A stretch of 64,000 nt of DNA from Microcoleus sp. (lineage in GTDB: Bacteria > Cyanobacteriota > Cyanobacteriia > Cyanobacteriales > Microcoleaceae): contig CP181291.1 in assembly GCA_052279835.1 (NCBI GenBank), positions 1-64,000 on the forward strand, given 5' to 3'. How positions within the stretch are numbered: position 1 is the first letter of the stretch; every line of letters begins with the position of its first letter. Positions 10,795 to 18,910 of this stretch are shown piece after piece. The notes below the pieces were generated by a model. The model ran no database searches. It saw only the letters and a program-made list of their open reading frames with translations, and was not told the origin of the DNA. Position numbers and translations under genes: made by a program.

Positions 10795-13700
10795 ATGCCG
10801 CGCAATACTTACGGGGATACAGTAAAAAAGCGAGTGAAACGCCTGTTGGAGGCGTTGCTTGATTTCGTCAATTATGAATTTGAGGGCAACTTTGACATTG
10901 AGTTCAAGCCGGAGACGGAAGACGTTACCAACCCCAAGGTAATTTTCAAAACAACGCTGGTAGCCTTGGAACAACTGATAGCGAAAGACAAATATCCTGG
11001 CAAGTTAAAGAAAGAGCAAATTCGTGAAGCACTCAAGCTGCTGGAAAACTTTTTGAAGATTCTAAAAGACAACCGCACCAAAACACAAGGTTCTGATGAC
11101 TGGCACTTCACGCTGACATTGTGGTCAAAAGATAACGAAAAGAACTTGAAGCAATTTGAGCAAGCATGGGAAAACAGCAGACCAGAAAAATCTAAAGCTT
11201 TAGTAGCAAATTCTCATAAATCGGAGGAGTTTGACTGGCGCGATATCTGCGGCAAAGTTTTAGAAACACAACAACTGCGCCGCCAAGCAACAGCACAACA
11301 ATATGAATTAAATATTTACGTTCCCTTGGGATTAATGCAACGTCCCAAAACACCAAACCCCAGAATCAACCCCCCAGGGGAAAATTCCCAACCGCAGAAA
11401 GAACCAGAACTGCAAATCGTCCAAACTTATAAAGATGATGCTTTTTTCCAGAAAGTTATTGCCGAAAATCGCACCGAAAAAGGCAAGCATATCGCGATTA
11501 TTGGCGAACCGGGTGCGGGAAAAACTACGCTGTTAGGAAAACTGGTGGAACAGTTGCCTAAAAATTCCATGGATTTTCCGATTTATATTCGATTGGCAGA
11601 TTTACAGGGAATCACAATAAAAGATTATTTAGTCAACAATTGGCTGGAAAAAGCGGTGGAACATATAAATCCTGTTCCCAAAAGTGTTACTCCAGAAATT
11701 ATAGAAGCTCTCAAACAACTGTTCCGTCAAGGTAAGGTATGGTTGCTGTTGGATGGGGTGGATGAAATGGCGGCGGAATCGCCCGTGTTGGCGTTGGCGA
11801 GAATTCGGGAACAACTGACAGACTGGGTGGGTAAGGCGCGGGTGGTGCTAACTTGCCGTTTGAATGTTTGGGATGCGGCGATTAGCAATACCCTGACAAA
11901 TTTTGATACTTATAAAACTTTGGAATTTGAACCGGATGATCTTGATAAATTTATTTGCCAGTGGTTTGAGGAGGCGAGTCAGGATGAGAAACGGCGCAAT
12001 TCTGGCAATGAAACCTATTGGCTGGAACAGGGAAAACGCTTACAGCAACAGTTAAAAGCACCGGGAAAAGAGCGAATTCGGGAACTGGTACGCAATCCCC
12101 TGCGGTTGTCCATGTTGTGTCAGTCTTGGTGCGTACCCGAACAGGATTTGCCGGAAACCAAGGCGGCACTTTACGAGCAGTTTACTACTTATTTTTTTGA
12201 GTGGAAACAAAAGGAATTCCAGGAAAAGCACCGAGTATTAAAGGAAACGGATAAAGAAAAGATTCAAGAAGCTTTGGCAAACTTGGCTTTAGCGGCTATG
12301 GAAAGCGCTAATCGGTTTCGGATTGAGAAAAAATTTGCGATCAAGCAGATGGAGGAAGAGTGGTTTAATTTAGCTGGTGAATTGGGATGGTTGGTTTTAG
12401 TTGACAGGGATACCCGCACGAAAAAGCCTGTTTACGCTTTCTTCCATCCGACGTTTCAGGAATATTTCGCCGCGACTGCGATTGATAATTGGGACTTTTT
12501 TCTACCCCGTCAACATCAAGATAAACCCGTTGCAGATCGATACCGCATTTTTGAACCGCAGTGGAAAGAGGTAATTTTGCTGTGGTTAGGACATGAGGAT
12601 ATGGGAAGAGAGCAAAAGGAGGAATTTATTAATGCTCTGATTGACTTTGAGGATAGGTGTGGTGATTTTTACAAGTACAGAGCGTATTTTATTGCGGCTG
12701 CTGGAATTTCAGAGTTTAAGGATTGTAGCTATACAAATGAGATTGTAGAGCGAGTTATTGAATGGAAGTTTGGCGCTCTTAACGCTGAAAATAATAACTT
12801 TTACGTACCTATTTCGATTAAAAATGCCGCTCAAGCAGCGCTTTTAGAAACCCATCGCCAGAAAGTAGTTAACACGCTAAATAAGTGGTTAAACTATACC
12901 CCTATACGGGAAAATCTTCCAGATATTGCAATGAGCCTTGTCCAGGTGGCTCCTGGACATTCAGATGCAATCAGAATTCTCGTTAACTATCTACATCAGA
13001 TTCAACAAAGATTCGAGGATTCCAAAATAATTACTTTTGACCATATCCCAGTTATAGAACATTTGAGAAAGTTTAGTGCCGATCATCCTCTTGCAACTGC
13101 TGCTCTGGCTGAGCCGTCACAAAACAAACAAAAAACTAAGCCCATACCTTTTGCAACTGCTGCTCTGGCTGAGCCGTCACAAAACAAACAAAAAACTAAG
13201 CCCATACCTTCAGAGTCAGATATCAGTCAGCTCAATTTTGATACTGAAAATGATAAATTCCGAAATTTTATTCGCTTAAAACAAGAAATAGATCTCAATG
13301 AAGTTAAGGAAATTATTGGTAGATTAGATGATATATATACCTTGTTTATACTATTAGAAACAAACCCTATCCTCAATACATCTTCTCAATATTCGGAAGA
13401 TATTCATACTTTAATTAAAGTTTTGAACAAGTTAAATACAAATCGCACAAATGTTTTTTATGATTTAACAAACATTATAAATTCATTTGCGGTAGATCGA
13501 TTAGCAGAAATCGCTTGTCTTCAATCTAGTGTTGTTTATAGGCTAGAAGAAATAATGAACTCTAGCAATAACAGAGAGATCCCCAGAAAAATTAATTGGG
13601 TTTTGGGAAAAGCTGCGTCTCAAAATATAGAGGCAACAAAAGCTGTAGTTAAGATTTTGACAACAACTCATGAGTATATCTTCGCTGTAGACGCAATCTA

Positions 13701-14331
13701 TTTTTTGAAAACAATCCTTAAAAGCAATTTGCTTGCAATAGTTGTCATAGGTTTAAAAAAGTATATAGAAGATTCAGAAGCATATGAAATTATTTGGCAT
13801 TGTGCTCAAAATATGCCTTATTCAGAATTCTATCAAGCTTGGCATCAAGACACTCTTACCAACTCCGCAACAGCAAGCCCCAACTTAGTAAACTTACCTC
13901 AAGACCTTGCCGACGCTATTAACGATCGACCCGATTTATGCAACAAAGTAAAGCTAATTTGCATTGATAGTTACAAATTCGGTAATCCCGAAAATCCCGC
14001 TACAAAAATTTACAATGAAATGCGCTTACAAGGTTGTGACAAAAGTGAAGATGGCAAACCCAAAACAATGGCAGAACTACAAGATTACTGGGATGAATTA
14101 AGGATAGAAAGCGAAATTCCTCTGTTTTTCATCTGCTACGATTCCACAGCACTCTCAGCCACACCCACAGGATTTAGCGAGCCATTTCTCAAAGCTTTAA
14201 GCAAATTCGATCGCGCGATTTGTGTGGTGTGCGAACCAGGCGATATTCCCTTGCAAACTTTTTCACCCCAACAACAAGACTTGGTAGCAGCTATTGTACA
14301 ATGGATTGAAAAAGTAATAACCGAAAATTGA
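10795..14331 (+). CDS. NACHT-family STAND NTPase (NLR-like) with helical-repeat region and C-terminal NACHT-associated domain
   Basis: Walker A GEPGAGKTT, Walker B WLLLDGVDE, LTCR, NPLRL, FFHPTFQEYFAA, WKEVILLW and WHCAQNMPYSEFYQAWH. ATG 10795 preferred over 10774. Confidence 0.88.
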   Translation: MPRNTYGDTVKKRVKRLLEALLDFVNYEFEGNFDIEFKPETEDVTNPKVIFKTTLVALEQLIAKDKYPGKLKKEQIREALKLLENFLKILKDNRTKTQGSDDWHFTLTLWSKDNEKNLKQFEQAWENSRPEKSKALVANSHKSEEFDWRDICGKVLETQQLRRQATAQQYELNIYVPLGLMQRPKTPNPRINPPGENSQPQKEPELQIVQTYKDDAFFQKVIAENRTEKGKHIAIIGEPGAGKTTLLGKLVEQLPKNSMDFPIYIRLADLQGITIKDYLVNNWLEKAVEHINPVPKSVTPEIIEALKQLFRQGKVWLLLDGVDEMAAESPVLALARIREQLTDWVGKARVVLTCRLNVWDAAISNTLTNFDTYKTLEFEPDDLDKFICQWFEEASQDEKRRNSGNETYWLEQGKRLQQQLKAPGKERIRELVRNPLRLSMLCQSWCVPEQDLPETKAALYEQFTTYFFEWKQKEFQEKHRVLKETDKEKIQEALANLALAAMESANRFRIEKKFAIKQMEEEWFNLAGELGWLVLVDRDTRTKKPVYAFFHPTFQEYFAATAIDNWDFFLPRQHQDKPVADRYRIFEPQWKEVILLWLGHEDMGREQKEEFINALIDFEDRCGDFYKYRAYFIAAAGISEFKDCSYTNEIVERVIEWKFGALNAENNNFYVPISIKNAAQAALLETHRQKVVNTLNKWLNYTPIRENLPDIAMSLVQVAPGHSDAIRILVNYLHQIQQRFEDSKIITFDHIPVIEHLRKFSADHPLATAALAEPSQNKQKTKPIPFATAALAEPSQNKQKTKPIPSESDISQLNFDTENDKFRNFIRLKQEIDLNEVKEIIGRLDDIYTLFILLETNPILNTSSQYSEDIHTLIKVLNKLNTNRTNVFYDLTNIINSFAVDRLAEIACLQSSVVYRLEEIMNSSNNREIPRKINWVLGKAASQNIEATKAVVKILTTTHEYIFAVDAIYFLKTILKSNLLAIVVIGLKKYIEDSEAYEIIWHCAQNMPYSEFYQAWHQDTLTNSATASPNLVNLPQDLADAINDRPDLCNKVKLICIDSYKFGNPENPATKIYNEMRLQGCDKSEDGKPKTMAELQDYWDELRIESEIPLFFICYDSTALSATPTGFSEPFLKALSKFDRAICVVCEPGDIPLQTFSPQQQDLVAAIVQWIEKVITEN
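13091..13210 (+). repeat. Exact 60-bp tandem duplication inside the NACHT gene
   Basis: 13091-13150 is identical to 13151-13210. In frame (ATAALAEPSQNKQKTKPIP twice). Confidence 0.97.
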
Positions 14332-14332
14332 T

Positions 14333-14641
14333 GTGAAAAAAATAGAAGAAATTCGCGATCGACTCCAAGCTGGTCAATTTGAATTTAGCCGCCATGCTTT
14401 TAGGCGTACTGTAGAACGAAATATCAGCGAACAGGAAATTAGAGAAGTCGGTGAAAATGTTATAATCATTGAAGATTACCCAGAGGATAAATATTCGCCA
14501 AGCTGCTTACTCTTAGGATTTACTCGATCGGGCAAAGTTCTGCACATCCAAGTTTCACGCCAACAATCAGAAATATCCAAAATTATTACTATTTATGAGC
14601 CAGAACCCGATCGATGGATTGACTATTCACAACGGAGGTAA
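14333..14641 (+). CDS. DUF4258-family putative toxin
   Basis: FSRHAFRR...IIEDYPEDKYSPSCLLLG...LHIQ...IITIYEP. Paired with a YgiT zinc finger. Confidence 0.82.
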   Translation: MKKIEEIRDRLQAGQFEFSRHAFRRTVERNISEQEIREVGENVIIIEDYPEDKYSPSCLLLGFTRSGKVLHIQVSRQQSEISKIITIYEPEPDRWIDYSQRR

Positions 14642-14643
14642 CA

Positions 14644-14874
14644 ATGTTTCAATGTCATGTTTGCAGTGCAACCGAATCTCATACAGAAAAAGTCAACGAA
14701 GTTTTCCAAATCAATGGAAAATTCTATCTAGTCGAACAAATTCCCGCTCAAGTATGTTCCAGGTGCGGTGAAGTTACATTTAACCGCGAAACAACAGAGC
14801 GAATCAGACAAATGTTACATGGAGAATCACAACCTGTGAAATCTATTAATGTTGATGTATTTGCCTACCAATAG
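14644..14874 (+). CDS. YgiT/MqsA-type zinc-finger antitoxin
   Basis: CHVC...IPAQVCSRCGE. Confidence 0.85.
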   Translation: MFQCHVCSATESHTEKVNEVFQINGKFYLVEQIPAQVCSRCGEVTFNRETTERIRQMLHGESQPVKSINVDVFAYQ

Positions 14875-14964
14875 CAAGAAATTCATCAATCTCGATCGCC
14901 CTGGGGAGTAATAACTTCGCTGCAAGATGCGATAGGATAAAACTAATAGACTGAGGAACTAACA

Positions 14965-15039
14965 ATGCTAAATCAAACCGCATACAATCGAGCCTGTAAA
15001 AACTTTGAGCAAACTTCTGAATTAAAGCAAGAACTATGA
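14965..15039 (+). pseudogene. Possible Phd/YefM-like antitoxin N-terminal remnant (24 aa)
   Basis: GAGGA RBS, then MLNQTAYNRACKNF. The stop overlaps the DUF433 start (ATGA). Confidence 0.35.
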
Positions 15040-15353
15040 CACTTACAAAGACCGACTATAAATATATAGAACTCAATGAAAACAATGTTCCCATCATAGC
15101 CGGAACTACGATGAAAGTCGTTGAATTAGTCGAAGCTCAGATAGCTTATGGTTGGAGTCCAGCAGAATTGCACCTCAATCATCGCTACTTAACTATGAGC
15201 CAAATTCTTTCTGCCTTAGCTTATTATTGGGATCGTAAACAAGAACTCGATGCCGAAATCAAGCGACGAGAAGAGTATGTTAAACAGGCAGAAATTGAAG
15301 CTGGCGAATCTCCTTTTGCTGCTAGACTACGCGCTCAAGGGCTATTGAAATGA
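15036..15353 (+). CDS. DUF433-family antitoxin
   Basis: PIIAGTTMKV...GWSPAEL...LTMSQILSALAYY. Confidence 0.87.
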   Translation: MTLTKTDYKYIELNENNVPIIAGTTMKVVELVEAQIAYGWSPAELHLNHRYLTMSQILSALAYYWDRKQELDAEIKRREEYVKQAEIEAGESPFAARLRAQGLLK

Positions 15354-15697
15354 GTCTAGCACTTTATATGGATGAACACATCCATTCAGCTATTACAGTT
15401 GGTTTACGTCTTCGAGATGTAGATGTTCTAACTGTTCAAGAAGATGGACGTGCTGGTACACCAGATACTATTTTACTCGATCGAGCTATGGAGCTTGGGC
15501 GAGTTATGTTTTCACAAGACCAAGATTTTTTAATTGAAGCAAAACGTCGTCAAGCTGAAGATATCAACTTCTCTGGTGTGCTCTTTGCTCGTCAGTCTCG
15601 CGTTTCCATTGGTGATTGTATCCGCGACTTGGAAATAATTACTAGACTTGGCGAACTGGAAGAATTTGTTAATCGAGTTCAATACCTACCTTTGTAG
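15350..15697 (+). CDS. DUF5615 PIN-like toxin
   Basis: LYMDEHI...DVLTVQEDG...GRVMFSQDQDF...FSGV. Confidence 0.87.
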   Translation: MSLALYMDEHIHSAITVGLRLRDVDVLTVQEDGRAGTPDTILLDRAMELGRVMFSQDQDFLIEAKRRQAEDINFSGVLFARQSRVSIGDCIRDLEIITRLGELEEFVNRVQYLPL

Positions 15698-15877
15698 CTT
15701 ACCTTACTCCTCAAGATGCGATCGCCTCTCCGTCTTTGTTGGTCAGATATTCAATATTTACCATGCCTATTTTCCTCAAGCTTGAATTTATATCGATTCC
15801 TGCCTCTAAGTGTATCATCAGAAATGCGCTCCTCTTCGAGGGCTCCGCTAACGGGCGATCGCACCAAATTCTCCCTC

Positions 15878-17059
15878 TCACCCCTTGACACAAAGAACCT
15901 GCTTCAAAGTCGCCACAACTTCCACCAAATCCGACTGCTGACTCATCACCTCATCAATAGGCTTATAAGCCCCCGGAATTTCATCTAAAAACTGCTCATC
16001 TTTCCGACACTCAACCCCCTCAGTCTGACGCACAAAATCATCCAGAGTAAACACATTCTTCGCTTGAGTTCGAGACATCAACCGTCCCGCACCGTGAGAA
16101 CAAGAACAGTAACTTTCCACATTACCTTTCCCCTTCACAATAAAAGACTTCGCCCCCATGGAACCCGGAATAATCCCGTAATCCTGTACATTGGCGCGTA
16201 CAGCACCCTTGCGAGTCACATACACATCTTCGCCAAAATGCACCTCTTTTTCCGCATAATTGTGATGGCAATTCACCTTTAACAAAGGCTTAGTAGGTTT
16301 GCCGCCCGCAACGTGCTTTTCCACAATGTGCTTAAACCGATTCATCATCACATCACGATTAAAACGAGCATAATCTTGCGCCCACTGCAAATCGTGCCAA
16401 TAAGCCACAAACTCCTTTGTACCTGTTACAAAATAAGCCAAATCTTGGTCAGGCAGACTAATTTCTGCCAGCTTAGCTAAATCTTTTGCAGTGTCGATAT
16501 GGTGCTGTGCGAGCAAATTTCCAATACCGCGAGAACCGGAGTGCAGCATCAACCAAACAAAGTCTTCGGTATCAACACAAACCTCAATAAAATGATTGCC
16601 ACCACCGAGGGAACCCATTTGTTTGAGGGCTTTACTTTCTTGGTGTTGTACGCCTTGATGAAGTTCCTTAAACTCGCGCCATTCTTGCCAGTTTGTGACT
16701 GTTCTTTCCACTTCTTTATTTTCAGCAAATCCCACAGGAATTGCTGCTTCGATATCGAGGCGAATTTGTTTGAGTTTGCCTTCTAATTTATGAGCCTTGA
16801 ATGGCATTTTAATCGCAGCCATCCCGCAACCAATATCCACTCCGACAGCAGCCGGAATAATCGCTTCTTTTGTGGCAATTACGGAACCGACTAAAGCACC
16901 TTTGCCTAAATGTACGTCGGGCATTAGGGCAACGTGTTTGAATACAAAGGGCAAAGATGCTACATTTTTTGCCATATTGGTTTCTTTGGGGCCTAGGGCG
17001 TGGTTTGCCCAAGATAGGACGGGTTTTGGGGTTGATATTTCTAATTTTTCGTAGGGCAT
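15878..17059 (-). CDS. rtcB: RNA ligase RtcB
   Basis: MPDVHLG, GVDIGCG, GGGNHFIE, HSGSRG, HHNYA, PGSMG, SHGAGR and DEIPGAYK. Confidence 0.95.
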   Translation of the reverse strand: MPYEKLEISTPKPVLSWANHALGPKETNMAKNVASLPFVFKHVALMPDVHLGKGALVGSVIATKEAIIPAAVGVDIGCGMAAIKMPFKAHKLEGKLKQIRLDIEAAIPVGFAENKEVERTVTNWQEWREFKELHQGVQHQESKALKQMGSLGGGNHFIEVCVDTEDFVWLMLHSGSRGIGNLLAQHHIDTAKDLAKLAEISLPDQDLAYFVTGTKEFVAYWHDLQWAQDYARFNRDVMMNRFKHIVEKHVAGGKPTKPLLKVNCHHNYAEKEVHFGEDVYVTRKGAVRANVQDYGIIPGSMGAKSFIVKGKGNVESYCSCSHGAGRLMSRTQAKNVFTLDDFVRQTEGVECRKDEQFLDEIPGAYKPIDEVMSQQSDLVEVVATLKQVLCVKG

Positions 17060-17098
17060 TTTTGTTTAAGTTTGTTTTGTCTGTTAGTATGTAGTGTT

Positions 17099-17127
17099 AT
17101 TGTAGTATAAATATGTGATAGTGTCAA
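17099..17127 (-). promoter_or_regulatory. Consensus sigma70-type promoter of rtcB
   Basis: On the minus strand TTGACA-17 bp-TACAAT, overlapped by repeated A(C/T)ACTA(T)CA-like motifs. Confidence 0.7.
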
Positions 17128-17160
17128 ATGTACCTTACTGGCTGATTTTATGAGGGTGCA

Positions 17161-17372
17161 TCAGCTTAACATCAAATGCAGTAGCGATATTGTTTGTGAG
17201 TCCGACAGTCCGACAGTCCGACAGGGAATGAATTCCCTGTCTCATAGCGAAAGTCCTCTGAAAGAGGACTGAAAAAATCATTGCAATTTTCCCCACAATC
17301 CGCAGTCGGTTTTTAACCGACTTTCGCTATGAGGCGGGGGTTTGAACCCCCGCCGGACTCTGGGAAAACGCG
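17161..17372 (+). repeat. Multi-hairpin REP/MITE-like element, copy A
   Basis: Four nested palindromes (ACAGGGAAT/ATTCCCTGT, AGTCCTCT/AGAGGACT, AGTCGGTT/AACCGACT, GGCGGGGGTT/AACCCCCGCC) inside TCATAGCGAAAGTC...GACTTTCGCTATGA. Confidence 0.85.
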
Positions 17373-17414
17373 GCAACCTAACACCGCGCAGGAAGCGTCA
17401 TAGATGGGAAATCC

Positions 17415-18545
17415 TTAAGAAATTCCCAAAGATTGAATGAATAATTTACTGTAGGGTGTGGATGGTTGTACCTTCGCCAGCGAACCAAACAGCTCTTTTC
17501 CCCCGAAGATAACTAATGTCTTCTGTTTAGAGTCAGGTTCTTGACTCAGGACTTGTGAATGAACGGACAGAATGCTATCTGAATCAAAACGATAGAAATA
17601 TTTTAGGTCGCCACAAAGCTCTTCTTTAAAATCCTTGAGAGTTGGGTAAAGTTCTTTACACAGACGCGGTTCGTGACCGATTAAAATGAGTTCATCTGAT
17701 ATTTCCATTTTGTTAAGATCGATGATGTACATTCTCCCATTACCAGTGTTAATTAGAATGCGATCGTCCGATAGGTAGCACATATAGTAACCAAAACCAT
17801 CATCCGCATCAGGCCAAGGCCATTCGCAGATTCCAAGTATATTGCAGTCAGGAAAACTTAATCGGCTGAGTTGTCGTTCGCAACTATTTAGAACTAAAAA
17901 TTCGCCACCAGCGGGATGAAATTCTGGAGGGCCTGTTTCGCAGGGAAACGGAATCTCCGCAGCGTGAATTGTCATACCATCATCGTAAACCCAGTAAACT
18001 TGCAGTCCATTCTGACCGGAAGCAGCCCAAAGAGCTAAAATTTGATTTTATGGGTGTGGGTAAAACGAGAAGGTACTGCCACCAAAAGGGTCTTTAAGCA
18101 GAAGTGTTCGCTGGATTTGCCATGAATTAGTATCGCGGATTTGAATTTCGACTTCCTCGAATCCAATTAATTTCATGCACCAAAAACGCAAGCCGTCTGC
18201 ATCAAACCAGCAGTCCTGAAATCCATTGTCATTATACACATATGAAAACTTAACAGGAGGGTTAGGTAGGAGTTCTTCAAAAAGTAGCTGGTTGTCTGCT
18301 GTCATAATTGCTAAATGATTGCCATTTGCCATAATTGCTGCCAGCAAATCGCCTTTGGGACTGATGGCTAAACGGCTAATTGCGTCGGGAAGCTGGTATT
18401 CGTATTTTGGGGAGAAGTTGCGATCGACTAAAGTGACTTTTTTGCGATCGCCACTGACGATCGTCGCCCACTCGGAATTAATGGGTTGATTTATGTATGA
18501 GAATGACCAGTCAATTTGTCTTTCATGTTTTGGTAAAATTAGCAT
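17415..18545 (-). pseudogene. Beta-propeller-like protein interrupted by one in-frame TAA
   Basis: ORFs 18048-18545 and 17415-17975 share a frame and read FYPHP*NQILALWAASGQNGLQVYWVYDDGMTIH (377 codons in total). WD-like motifs LAISPKGDLLA, WFDADG and FHPAGGEF. Confidence 0.8.
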
Positions 18546-18688
18546 AGAGATATTTAAATTTACTGCGTAGATCAGCTCTATTTTAACTAAAATCTTGCAT
18601 CATTTATCGTAGGGTGCGTCAGTCTGGGATTCCTTTTGGGAGTCATAGAATATGTATTGACGCACCTTACCCACTAATTCTTGTCACG

Positions 18689-18890
18689 TCAACTTCACAT
18701 CAAATGCAGTAGCGGTATTGTTGGTAAGTCCGACAGTCCGACAGGGAATGAATTCCCTGTCTCATAGCGAAAGTCCTCTCAAAGAGGACTGAAATATATT
18801 GTATCTTCCCTCAATATCTACAGTCGGTTTTTAACCGACTTTCGCTGTGAGGCGGGGGTTTAAACCCCCGCCTGACTCTGGGAAAGCGCG
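18689..18890 (+). repeat. Multi-hairpin REP/MITE-like element, copy B (direct repeat of A)
   Basis: Near-identical to 17161-17372 except for the central loop and one fewer GTCCGACA-type unit. Confidence 0.85.
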
Positions 18891-18910
18891 TATTTGCTGG
18901 CACTAAATTA

